Both the position numbers and the translations under genes were made by a program. The notes beneath the pieces were generated by a model. The model had not been told where the DNA came from. It saw nothing but the letters and a program-made list of their open reading frames with translations, and searched no databases. 64,000 nt of DNA from an uncultured virus (IMG/VR IMGVR_UViG_3300025000_000080) (taxonomy: Duplodnaviria; Heunggongvirae; Uroviricota; Caudoviricetes), in the IMG/VR virus record IMGVR_UViG_3300025000_000080, positions 1-64,000 of that record; one strand, 5' to 3'. Of this stretch, positions 1 through 9,156 are shown in pieces (position 1 is the first letter of the stretch; every line of letters begins with the position of its first letter).

Positions 1-227
1 CCCGCCGTAATCGTGGGGGACGACGTGATGTCACCGAGAGTCTGGGAGATCCAGAGAACCAGCCTGTAAATTGCACCATTGTTCCGCAGATTGAACATGA
101 GCCTGCTCCTTCCGTAAAAGCCACACTGGAGAAAACTGTGTGGCTTCAGAGTAGCCGAGCGGGCTCAAGTGGTCAAAACGAGCGGGGGAAACGATAAGTG
201 TAGGGAAGCGGGAGGGAAACAGCGGGA

Positions 228-800
228 TTAGTTGCAGCCGACGTCGTCTGATGCGCGTAGCACCTCCACGCTGAGGTCCATCGGGCCGACGAAATCCACC
301 CACGTCCCGTCTACCGACCTGGCCTGTAAACTCACCCAGTATTCAGCGTCGGGACTCCACTGCAACTGAATGGTGCCGTAGATGGGCACCTTACTCGACT
401 GGCTTGCCCATGTGGCGCTGTTCTGCACCATAGTGGAGTAGTGTTCATCCCCGTAGGCGGGTCCCGACACGACCACACGAAGTTGGACGCCGGCCTTGCG
501 GATTCCGGTTTCCACCCGTCGTGCTCGAGCCATCGGTGAACTCTGACCGACCACGTTGACGTGCACGTAGCCCTGAATCCTGATCATGTCGCAGGACTCC
601 AGATCATACACGAGCGTATCGGTGAGGGGCACCTTGGCCCAGTCACCGGACGTCGTGGAGTGATAGGTGGTCCAGCCCTCCACATACTCCGTATCCGACC
701 GGACCCGGGTATGGACCTCGGAGGTAATGAACTCCGACGCCAGGATGGGCGACGAGACGAAGGACAGAATAGCGATGACCAGAAGCATGAAGTGTCTCAT
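228..800 (-). CDS. Secreted/exported hypothetical protein (moron-like)
   Basis: N-terminal signal-peptide-like MRHFMLLVIAILSFVSSPILA; GGAG RBS; own AT-rich promoter upstream. Confidence 0.7.
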   Translation of the reverse strand: MRHFMLLVIAILSFVSSPILASEFITSEVHTRVRSDTEYVEGWTTYHSTTSGDWAKVPLTDTLVYDLESCDMIRIQGYVHVNVVGQSSPMARARRVETGIRKAGVQLRVVVSGPAYGDEHYSTMVQNSATWASQSSKVPIYGTIQLQWSPDAEYWVSLQARSVDGTWVDFVGPMDLSVEVLRASDDVGCN

Positions 801-854
801 AAGAATCTCTCCAAGGGTTAATTTTGATTACTGAATAATGAGACTGTTACTGAA

Positions 855-883
855 ACAGTAAAGAAGCATTTTATAAAAGTCAA
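855..883 (-). promoter_or_regulatory. sigma70-type promoter TTGACT-N17-TACTGT
   Basis: Read directly in AT-rich gap; palindrome TTACTG-AAA-CAGTAA (847-861) overlaps the -10. Confidence 0.55.
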
Positions 884-891
884 CAAAAAAA

Positions 892-2574
892 TCACAACTC
901 TGGAAGGGCCAGGGTGTGGAACGGGCGGCGATAGGCGGCAGTGGCGGCGACTCGAGTGAACCACCGTGAGACGTGAGGCAGAATCACCCGTGTTCCGACC
1001 GCACCACCGGTGACGTCGTAGGCGACGAAGAGAGCGTCTCCGTCACTGAAGACAGACCGAGTGATAACACCGTAGTCAATCCGGTCGATGACGTGGCCTG
1101 TCCGACTGACGACCACTACTTCGTTGCCTGCTGCAGCGTAGATGTAGCGGCCGTCTGAGTGTACCGAGACCACTTCAGAGCCAGGGTCGATCGTCCAGAC
1201 GACAGAGCCATCATCTGGGCTGAATGCCGTAAGATACTTCCCGGCTGCGGCTGCGTGGCCCGCTATCAGCAGATCCTGATCCAGCGCGATTGAGTTGACC
1301 GTAGCACCGACGACCACACTCCAGTCAACCGTTCCGGCAAGATAATCGAGGCGCCGAAGTTGGAATCCTCCTGCTCCAGCTACGCCACCCATGAACACGT
1401 AACGACCGTTCGAAACTACTTGATTGACCGCCGCTGAATGGTCATAGCCCCATGTTGCAGGGCCAGCCAGTGACGGCGTGAGGGCAATTACCCAGTCACC
1501 GCTGGTGAAGGAAGCGCCACCGCTACAAGCGAGGATGACCTGAGTGCTGTCTGAGTAGCCGACGTAGCCCGACCCTCCGAGCGTGTTGTTGCTGTTGGTC
1601 AGGCTCCCATCGGCGCGGGCGACTCGGTAGACACAGGGCACAGCCGGGTCAGCGTAGTAGACCGATTCGCCATCGCTATGAACGAAGGAGATTGAACCGG
1701 CTGTCGCGATCTGCCACAACTGAGAGCCATCGGTTCGTGATACGGCACGAAGATACTCGTTGCCGGCGCCGTCGTACCAGATGTAATACACCTGTTCACC
1801 GTCCGAGCAGACACGATATCCATTCGTTGCAGCAGCCGGGGAGAGATCCCAAAACGACGTATAGGGCGTGTCGATCCCCACCCACGGGCCTTTGACGAAG
1901 CCGCCAGAGTTTACGGGTAGGGTAGTGATCAGGCCCTCGAGCGTCTCGTAGTTCTTGATGTAGTTGGCGACAACGTCGTCCTCAAGGTCTTGGAAACTCG
2001 GAGAGACAATGTCGTAGTCTTCCCGGCGAGTCGTGCTTATCTGAGCGGTATCTATTCCCCCATCTGCGTTGAACCGTCTCGCATCGGCCAGAAGAGTAGC
2101 ATCGGCTCGAAGCGCCGGTTTGACCGCTGCTCCGATTGCGGCTGCCGCCTCCATCTCCACTTCGATCGTGAACGACTCTTCCGACCGGTAGTTGCCCGGG
2201 ACAGCGTTGTCGTCCACGTAGGGCTCCGACTCGACACGAGCAGCGACCAGGAAGATGGACAGCCATCGCTCCTCGCCCGGGTTGGCGACTGTAGTGGATG
2301 CGCCGTTCTTGTCCACCGAACAGTCCACCAACTGTGCCGGCGTCACTGGAACGCGGTCCCCTGTCTGGTCGTATGCCACACCGGCAGCAACCGAAACGTT
2401 TGTGGATACAGGACCTGTCGGAGCGACTGTGAGTCCCCAGGCGACACCGTGCGAGCCGGTATAGCTGACGTCCATCACGTAGTTTTTGATCGCCTCGTCG
2501 ACGTCAACGAACGCCTCATCCATGTCATCCTGCGTGACGATCTGCCCATGGTAGAAATCTGATCTGTCCATCAT
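892..2574 (-). CDS. Tail fibre/receptor-binding protein with C-terminal PQQ-like beta-propeller
   Basis: N-terminal MDRSDFYHGQIV...GVAYDQTG typical of baseplate-anchored fibre domains; repeated DGxxxW blades; last gene of baseplate operon. Confidence 0.7.
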   Translation of the reverse strand: MMDRSDFYHGQIVTQDDMDEAFVDVDEAIKNYVMDVSYTGSHGVAWGLTVAPTGPVSTNVSVAAGVAYDQTGDRVPVTPAQLVDCSVDKNGASTTVANPGEERWLSIFLVAARVESEPYVDDNAVPGNYRSEESFTIEVEMEAAAAIGAAVKPALRADATLLADARRFNADGGIDTAQISTTRREDYDIVSPSFQDLEDDVVANYIKNYETLEGLITTLPVNSGGFVKGPWVGIDTPYTSFWDLSPAAATNGYRVCSDGEQVYYIWYDGAGNEYLRAVSRTDGSQLWQIATAGSISFVHSDGESVYYADPAVPCVYRVARADGSLTNSNNTLGGSGYVGYSDSTQVILACSGGASFTSGDWVIALTPSLAGPATWGYDHSAAVNQVVSNGRYVFMGGVAGAGGFQLRRLDYLAGTVDWSVVVGATVNSIALDQDLLIAGHAAAAGKYLTAFSPDDGSVVWTIDPGSEVVSVHSDGRYIYAAAGNEVVVVSRTGHVIDRIDYGVITRSVFSDGDALFVAYDVTGGAVGTRVILPHVSRWFTRVAATAAYRRPFHTLALPEL

Positions 2575-2582
2575 TCACTCCA

Positions 2583-3449
2583 CTACACTACGATTCGGCG
2601 GAAATGCTCGTGAGATACCTTCATACGGTTGGCTATCCAGGTAATCGCCTTCTCTTCAAAGGCGGACGCCGGCGCCGGCAAGATGATGTCGAACGTATAA
2701 ATCACGTTGGCTGAACTAAGTACCGTTTCGGTACCGAGTTTGTCAGTCCCCAGTTTCCAACTACTCTTGTGAACTGGGTACACTGTAGCGTTGATGCCCA
2801 GGAAGAATCGAATCACGTTCTCGATGCCCGCCGCCGTCCCGGTCTGCCGGTAGATGGGGATGAGCGTCTGAACGAGGGCGCGCTTCTGCACTACCGTCAG
2901 AGCGAATGGGAACGGATTCCCAAGGTCGGTCAACATGTCATCAAGGAACGTCTCAGGGGCCAGGTCCGGATCGATGATGTCCGTCCATCGATCGATGTAG
3001 ACCAGTAGCTCATCCAGAATCGGCTGGAGGATGTTCTTGATGAACCGAGCCAGATCCCCCGAGTCGTCCCGTGACCAGTGCATGGAGGCGATCATCTCGT
3101 CCAGTGCGACGACTCTTCCGGATGGCTGCCCGTTGGCGACCACCGCCTTAGTGCTCCCCGTTGGAAGCGGGTCCGGGTTTGCATTGGCGTAGATCGGCGC
3201 CGTCGTGGTCAGCGTGTAGTTGCCGTTGGGGACGCCGTAGCAGTACAGGTCGATGACGGCAGCCGCCGACAGGACAGCGCTGCGAGGTATGACGGTATGC
3301 TCGTCCTCGCTTGTGCCTGTGAGCGTGTACGTCGATGCCGTGGTGCTGTTTGCCTGTGCCGGGTCCAGTGCCGCACTGAACGTGATACGAAGAATGGTTT
3401 CGGGCCAGAAGGCGACAGGGACGACGGATACGATTGTCGGAGCAGCCAT
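2583..3449 (-). CDS. Baseplate wedge / phage tail protein (P2 gpI-like)
   Basis: IDPDLAPETFLDDML and IYRQTGTAAGIENVIRFFLG motifs; follows baseplate J. Confidence 0.8.
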   Translation of the reverse strand: MAAPTIVSVVPVAFWPETILRITFSAALDPAQANSTTASTYTLTGTSEDEHTVIPRSAVLSAAAVIDLYCYGVPNGNYTLTTTAPIYANANPDPLPTGSTKAVVANGQPSGRVVALDEMIASMHWSRDDSGDLARFIKNILQPILDELLVYIDRWTDIIDPDLAPETFLDDMLTDLGNPFPFALTVVQKRALVQTLIPIYRQTGTAAGIENVIRFFLGINATVYPVHKSSWKLGTDKLGTETVLSSANVIYTFDIILPAPASAFEEKAITWIANRMKVSHEHFRRIVV

Positions 3450-3457
3450 GCTTACCT

Positions 3458-4999
3458 CTACGGGATTTCGGCCCCGGTATCACCGTTCCACACCGCTACG
3501 GTGCCGAGTTTCGGGAACTCCACCAGGTTGATGGTGTAGTCGTCAGCCGCACCATTGAGCGTCGTCGCACGACCGTCCACCGGTGTTCCGACCTTCCTTA
3601 CCCCTGCCGTGTTCTTCACGATGGCGTTGATATCCGACCATCTAATGGACGGTTCCGGATCGTCGTTCTCATCCCGCATGTAGTAGCCGAAGTTCACATT
3701 TGAATTCGGCTGCAGGTAGTCGTCAGCCGTCGCATCACTCACCACTGGCTCAAAGAACGTTGTCAGTGATGCGACGATGGCGGCCTTCACGGTGGCTGCA
3801 ACCGCGCCGGATGTCAGGTACACCCAGCAGACAATGTTGATGGTCGCGTAGGTGGGGTCCTTTACATCAACGACGTGGGTCACCATCACGGGCCGGGTCG
3901 TGCTGTACATGGTGTCGACGTTTGTCTTCAACCCTGCTGATGGCGTACCGCCCCCGGTTGGGACGATGTAGACGTAGGTGGTGTTCTCGAGACTCAGGAC
4001 TAATGGAGCTTCGTTTTTGGTGATGGCCAGGGCCCGTCCTACGCCGGTCACGAGACGCGCATTGTCCTCGAAGTCGGTGCGCGATACCGTGCGCTCGAGA
4101 GCTCGCAGGCTGGCAGGACCCGCCGTCCGAGCTGTCTCAATCGACTCCCGGTCTGTACCCAGGATGGACGCACCAGCCGCATTCGTTACGGCTACGGATA
4201 CCGGTGTCCCGCCTACGGTCGTGAGCGTCCCGGAGATGTCCTTGATTGCGGCGGCCTCGACGTTGCCAGCCACCCCGCCACCCGTCTTGTACTTCACGGT
4301 GAGCGTCCCGGATGGCGCCACACCGTTTACGCCGTCCCCGAACCGGATGTATGCACGGTCGTTCTCATCCACCGTGACAGTGTAGTGCTTGTCCGTCGAG
4401 ATCGAATCAAGGAAGTTGGAGACCTCTGAATAGTCCATTGCGTCAACCTGAACATATCCACCGTTGGCCACAGCAAGTGAGTCGTCTAGGAACGGAGTCC
4501 TACCCAACTTGATTACCTGGCCTGTAGACCCGTCCACTTGCCACGTCTCGTCATCCCAGAACTGCGAATGTTCAGCGGTACCATTCACCGATGTATTTCC
4601 CGCTGTAATCGTGACGGCCGCCAGGAGCTGAAATTCTGTTGGCGTCGACTCTCGCGTCTTTACGATCGTTCCAGCCGGGATGATGATGTCCTCACCCAGG
4701 GCAGACGCGATCGAGAATGTGACGGTGTGCTGTGCAGCAGTCGCCCCGCTCATCTCGTACTGGATGAGTTTCAACAGGCCGATCATATTCCGCCGCTGCT
4801 GGGCAGTGGTAATCCGACTTTCACCAGCCTGATTGTCCTGATAGTAGGAGAGAATGTCTCCGATAAAGGCGAACGCCTGCAGCAACTGATTGCCGAAGTT
4901 CGCCTCGTTGTAATCAGTCCATGCGGGAAACTGCTGCTGAGCGAGCGCCTGTTCCCGGACCATCAACGCTGCGTAGTCACGATCGGTATAGTCAGCCAT
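3458..4999 (-). CDS. Baseplate J/gp47-like protein
   Basis: DYTDRDY..WTDYNEANFG, IRFGDGVNG, YKTGGGVAGNV, RTVSRTDFE motifs. Confidence 0.9.
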   Translation of the reverse strand: MADYTDRDYAALMVREQALAQQQFPAWTDYNEANFGNQLLQAFAFIGDILSYYQDNQAGESRITTAQQRRNMIGLLKLIQYEMSGATAAQHTVTFSIASALGEDIIIPAGTIVKTRESTPTEFQLLAAVTITAGNTSVNGTAEHSQFWDDETWQVDGSTGQVIKLGRTPFLDDSLAVANGGYVQVDAMDYSEVSNFLDSISTDKHYTVTVDENDRAYIRFGDGVNGVAPSGTLTVKYKTGGGVAGNVEAAAIKDISGTLTTVGGTPVSVAVTNAAGASILGTDRESIETARTAGPASLRALERTVSRTDFEDNARLVTGVGRALAITKNEAPLVLSLENTTYVYIVPTGGGTPSAGLKTNVDTMYSTTRPVMVTHVVDVKDPTYATINIVCWVYLTSGAVAATVKAAIVASLTTFFEPVVSDATADDYLQPNSNVNFGYYMRDENDDPEPSIRWSDINAIVKNTAGVRKVGTPVDGRATTLNGAADDYTINLVEFPKLGTVAVWNGDTGAEIP

Positions 5000-5000
5000 G

Positions 5001-5423
5001 TCAGATCTCCACCGTCGCGGTCTGGTCCACTACGACGCGGTTTGACGGCACGTTCGCGGTAATCAGTCGGTACTGGACGTCGATACTGCGCGTATTGGTA
5101 GTGGCGTCATTCTTTACGACAACCTCAGTCACCCTTACCCGTGGTTCCCACCGGCGTAATGCTTCCTCGACGTAGAACTGAGCCAAGGCATCTGTTGTCG
5201 GTCCAAGGTTGCGGTGTCTGAGCATACCCAATCTCGAACCGAACGTGTGCTGCCATGGCAATTCGCCAGCACTCAATCCGTTGGGCATAGCTGACTGAGT
5301 GCCAAGAATGTTTTCGATGCACGATTGGACTAGGGCAGCATCACCGCCGTTCACGAAGTCTTTGCCTTCTCTTCGAAATGGTGACAGCACTCCGAAGCCG
5401 AGAATCTTGCTGGCCATAATCAC
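5001..5423 (-). CDS. Baseplate wedge protein gp25/GpW family
   Basis: IENILGT..GELPW..FGSRL..ALRRWEPRVRV signature. Confidence 0.9.
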   Translation of the reverse strand: MIMASKILGFGVLSPFRREGKDFVNGGDAALVQSCIENILGTQSAMPNGLSAGELPWQHTFGSRLGMLRHRNLGPTTDALAQFYVEEALRRWEPRVRVTEVVVKNDATTNTRSIDVQYRLITANVPSNRVVVDQTATVEI

Positions 5424-6325
5424 CCCTGCGCCCCGGTGGCATCGGTCAAGTCGACCGCCGGATCAATAACGCGCATACCGCTATCGTCGAACGCCATGAC
5501 GCGCATAACGTGTGATCCAGAAACATCATTCGCATTGTGCCAGTAGCCGTAACCGAGGGGGCCCCCTACGCCCGTAAACACCGACCCATTCCAGCCGAGC
5601 GTAGTCCACCCTGTGGTGGGGGCGGTCGCGGAATTGGCTAGACTGTACATAGCGTGAGCGCCCAGGTTACCACCAGCGGGCTGCAACGCGATAGCGAGCC
5701 AGACACCCGCCGCCAATTGCCCCGCTGTGATCACGATCCCGGCTGAGTAGGAACCGGCGTGATCGGCGTACACCTTGTACTGCCCGCCGATCCATTGGAT
5801 ATAGGCCAGACAGCGCCTATCTCTATTGGATCGGAGATGAACGTGGATTCCCGCCGCGTCAAAGTTGACCGGGAGATTACTCGTAATTCGGCTGTAAAAT
5901 ACCTGACCCTGGCATATACTGGGCGTGATGAGCTTCGACCCCATCGGCGTCGTGTTCGTCCCGGTCACCCATGACGACGTTGCTGCTCCGGCCTTGACCG
6001 TCCTGGCGTTTGCAAGGCTGGTATTGTCATTACAGTTGGGTTTATCGCTCTTTGCTGTATTCTCATACGTCCACGGAGCAACGTAGGCGTCCGCCTGATG
6101 GACCAGTCCAGATGTGTCGAACAGAGTGCCGTAAACAGTGGGCGTAGCACCAGCGACAAATGGGTCAAGGTACGAAGCAAGACCCTCACAGAACGGGTTA
6201 AGAGAATCTTCGCATTGAGCCGATGATCGTTGAGCAGCAGAAATCTGCCCCGCGGCTTCCAGTGCGTCAGCTATTTCCCCGGCCAATCCGGTCGGAGGAT
6301 TAACAGTCCCGCCATCCAGTGCCAC
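5420..6325 (-). CDS. Hypothetical virion protein (beta-rich C-terminal domain)
   Basis: Translationally coupled between spike and gp25; no family recognised. Confidence 0.55.
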   Translation of the reverse strand: MALDGGTVNPPTGLAGEIADALEAAGQISAAQRSSAQCEDSLNPFCEGLASYLDPFVAGATPTVYGTLFDTSGLVHQADAYVAPWTYENTAKSDKPNCNDNTSLANARTVKAGAATSSWVTGTNTTPMGSKLITPSICQGQVFYSRITSNLPVNFDAAGIHVHLRSNRDRRCLAYIQWIGGQYKVYADHAGSYSAGIVITAGQLAAGVWLAIALQPAGGNLGAHAMYSLANSATAPTTGWTTLGWNGSVFTGVGGPLGYGYWHNANDVSGSHVMRVMAFDDSGMRVIDPAVDLTDATGAQG

Positions 6326-6327
6326 GT

Positions 6328-7062
6328 CTACTCCGTGTTTACATTACCGCTCTTGTTGGCGGCAAGGTCTGCGGCCATACCTGCTGTTGTTACCGCTGTG
6401 ATGCCACCCGCGCCATACTTGGTAGTAAACCCTGTCACATCTGCCGAGAATGCCACTGGGATAGCAGCAAATCCAAGTGGAGCCGCCGACTTCAACAGTT
6501 GAGCAAAGCCGTTCAATAAGTCACTGACGATGTCACCCCACGCTACTGGATGACCTGCTGTATCGCTTCCCAGATACACGTTGGGCGCGTTGACGATGAC
6601 CTTACTCGAACCGCTGATAACGGTCTCACCAGACTCGAGATCCAATTCCAGATGGTCATCTGTCGTCTTCGAGCGCAACTTCAGGGACCGCTGACCGGAC
6701 CTCTCGTCAATCTCTATTATCCACGAATCGGTCTCGAGGATGGCCTTGTCGACGTGGGCATCCGTAGGTGCTTCTCCGTCGCCCCAGTGTGACGGCATGT
6801 AACGAGGGGCCTCGATATCTCCGGCGACGAAAAACACTGCCACAGACGCATTGACCTTCGGCACCCACCACAACCCGCCCTGGCCCGCGCCGCCGCCAGG
6901 AACACCCACCGGGAATGCCCAGTCACTCTCCTCGAGTATCCCCGGGACAGTAACCTTCACCCGCCCGAGTCCGTCCGGGTCGTCGCGCTCCAATACGAAG
7001 CCGTCATACAGTCCGTACAGTTTCTGTTCTGGGTATTGAGTATCCGGATCCCAGACCGACAT
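6328..7062 (-). CDS. Baseplate spike / assembly protein V (gp5-type OB fold)
   Basis: DDPDGLGRVKVTVP..SDWA..WWVPKVNASVAVFF.AGD..P motif. Confidence 0.9.
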   Translation of the reverse strand: MSVWDPDTQYPEQKLYGLYDGFVLERDDPDGLGRVKVTVPGILEESDWAFPVGVPGGGAGQGGLWWVPKVNASVAVFFVAGDIEAPRYMPSHWGDGEAPTDAHVDKAILETDSWIIEIDERSGQRSLKLRSKTTDDHLELDLESGETVISGSSKVIVNAPNVYLGSDTAGHPVAWGDIVSDLLNGFAQLLKSAAPLGFAAIPVAFSADVTGFTTKYGAGGITAVTTAGMAADLAANKSGNVNTE

Positions 7063-7068
7063 ATACTC

Positions 7069-8226
7069 CTACTTCTTTGGCAGGAAGTCCTCACGAGGTC
7101 TCTGCACCTTGGGAGTCTTCTCTCTGTTTTCTCGAGCCGCCCCTACGCTGGTGTCCTTGCGGTTACTCGGCTTCCCGATGGCGTCACGACGCAACTCAAG
7201 ATCCGTGTAGTACCCACCGCTGATCTTGTGGACCGCTCTCACCACATAGTAGTTGCCATTGAGCAGGGTTCCAAAGTTCTCCAGCCTGATCACTCTCTTG
7301 GCTGTAAGAGTCGGGTCACCAACGACCGGGAGGCGCAGTTTCAGTTGTGATTGCTGGGTGACTCGGTACTTAGCCTCAGCGGTCTCCTTCAGGTGCTGGT
7401 CGTTATGCCAGGCTTGAAGCGACAATGATCGGAGAGGCTTGGAGGAGAAGGGAACCGCCTCCTGAACGAGCGTTGCCGGGCCAAGAACGGATGTGCTGAC
7501 GTTTGATTTGCTGGCCTTGTGCTTACGCACCTTCTTTTTTTTTGGGTCGACTGCAACCGTCTCCATGGAGCCCGGCTTGTTTTTTACGCTGTGCTCAAGT
7601 TCGGGAGTAAGCACTATCTCAGATCGATCTTTCGCCCCGCGCCAGACGAACGTCCGCACTGGTGCCTGCTGATGATCTCGAGGATGGAAGTGGAACGTGT
7701 CGTCCACATCAATGAACCATTCACACCCGAGACGTGCACCCCATCGCATGAGGAATTGAGCGTAGGTCTCCTGACTTTGCTGGACCACCTGACGCTTCAC
7801 ATTTGAGGCACTGATACTGGTCTTTGTGTGGCCCATGTCCTTCGCCATCTGTGCGGCGATCTCGTCGACGGACAGTCCCTTCCACGTCTTGGTCAACTTC
7901 TCATGGTGAAAGTCGCTCTCCTTACCGTATGCCTCGACGGTCAGGCGAAGAAAGCCTTTCACCACCTTGACCTTCATCGCCCGCTTGAAGGACAGTTTCG
8001 ATGGATATCCAAAGGTGAACTCGATCTTGTTCCCAGGCAGGAGAATGGGGTCTTCAAAGAACGCTAGGTCGGAGTTGTTCACCTGCAGCGTGAGTTTGTC
8101 CACGCCAACTGACCGGTCCTCGAAGTTGAAACTCTCCACCCGTTCGGCAGGCAGATCGATCGCCTCCCCTTTTTCAGGGACGATCTTGATGAAAAATACG
8201 CCACCTTCGTTTACCCGGATGTCCAT
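7069..8226 (-). CDS. Baseplate hub / late control D family protein
   Basis: QSQETYAQFLMR and GDPTLTA..NGNYYVVRAVHKISGGYYT motifs; position upstream of spike. Confidence 0.85.
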   Translation of the reverse strand: MDIRVNEGGVFFIKIVPEKGEAIDLPAERVESFNFEDRSVGVDKLTLQVNNSDLAFFEDPILLPGNKIEFTFGYPSKLSFKRAMKVKVVKGFLRLTVEAYGKESDFHHEKLTKTWKGLSVDEIAAQMAKDMGHTKTSISASNVKRQVVQQSQETYAQFLMRWGARLGCEWFIDVDDTFHFHPRDHQQAPVRTFVWRGAKDRSEIVLTPELEHSVKNKPGSMETVAVDPKKKKVRKHKASKSNVSTSVLGPATLVQEAVPFSSKPLRSLSLQAWHNDQHLKETAEAKYRVTQQSQLKLRLPVVGDPTLTAKRVIRLENFGTLLNGNYYVVRAVHKISGGYYTDLELRRDAIGKPSNRKDTSVGAARENREKTPKVQRPREDFLPKK

Positions 8227-8228
8227 CG

Positions 8229-8552
8229 TCAGTCCTCAAACCCGAAGAGTTCTTCAGCAAGAACGCGGTTGGACGGGGCATAAAGAATGATGCCGGGTTC
8301 GAGTTCCAGGGTTGGATCTGCGATGTTGTTGTAGACCGCTATCACCCAGTACAGTTCTCCGGCTCGAGGATTGTTTGGGTAGAGTCGATGGGCAATGTGC
8401 CAGAGTCGCTCCCCCTCAAACACTGTAACCTGTAGGTTGTCCTCGCGCTCTTTGAAGCGAAACTTCTCCAGACGTGGATCCTCTGCCAACAGAGTCGTGC
8501 CATCCGTGATGGTTTCGCTGTACAGATACCGGCTGGGGAATAACGCGCTCAT
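8229..8552 (-). CDS. LysM/GpX-like baseplate protein
   Basis: GERLWHIAHRLY..YWVIAVYNNIADP..LEPG. Confidence 0.85.
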   Translation of the reverse strand: MSALFPSRYLYSETITDGTTLLAEDPRLEKFRFKEREDNLQVTVFEGERLWHIAHRLYPNNPRAGELYWVIAVYNNIADPTLELEPGIILYAPSNRVLAEELFGFED

Positions 8553-9148
8553 CGTCGCGCTCCAAAGAATCGAACATCCTGACTATAGATGGCGGTCGCT
8601 CGAGCCTCCATCACCTCAAGTTCAATTCTGCCAAGCATCGGGCGCATGTCTGCTGTCTTAAACCGGGTGATACTTTCCTTCCATCGTTGGACCACGCATG
8701 TCATACTGATCCAGTTGGGCCATACCACCAGAATAGGGGGAGGACTCGATCCAAGCCCCGACTCACTTTGTGTCGGGTAGCATAACGATTCAAAAAATCT
8801 AAGGGCGTCCGCCATCTTTTGAACGTTGTCAGAGATGGCCTGCAGGTCGAATGCCAGAGATATAGCCTGCGCATTGGTGTTGCGATACTGAAGTGGAGTG
8901 TACCCCAACCCATCAGCCTGGATGACGTTGTAGACGACTTCGAGTTGTCTGGTCACTTCTGTTGGGTTGTACTGACACTCATATTCCTCGGTAGTATCCG
9001 TATTTACGATGACCACCCTGGGTGGACGAGTCTCCCATGGGATAGATGGAGGAGGCGCAACACTGCGCTCAAGCTGAGTATACTCCACCCGCTCGAGCCT
9101 GTTATTGGGCTTGACTGGCTCGTGTTGTACCCGCTCGAGTCGTGCCAT
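8549..9148 (-). CDS. Tail tube initiator (CIS tube/GpU-like)
   Basis: CQYNPTEV and PPPILVVW motifs; follows tape measure. Confidence 0.8.
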   Translation of the reverse strand: MARLERVQHEPVKPNNRLERVEYTQLERSVAPPPSIPWETRPPRVVIVNTDTTEEYECQYNPTEVTRQLEVVYNVIQADGLGYTPLQYRNTNAQAISLAFDLQAISDNVQKMADALRFFESLCYPTQSESGLGSSPPPILVVWPNWISMTCVVQRWKESITRFKTADMRPMLGRIELEVMEARATAIYSQDVRFFGARR

Positions 9149-9156
9149 GCCGCCTC

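Noticed and set aside
892..2574. Diversity-generating retroelement target or invertible tail-fibre cassette
   Set aside because: No reverse transcriptase, TR/VR pair or invertase visible in the window
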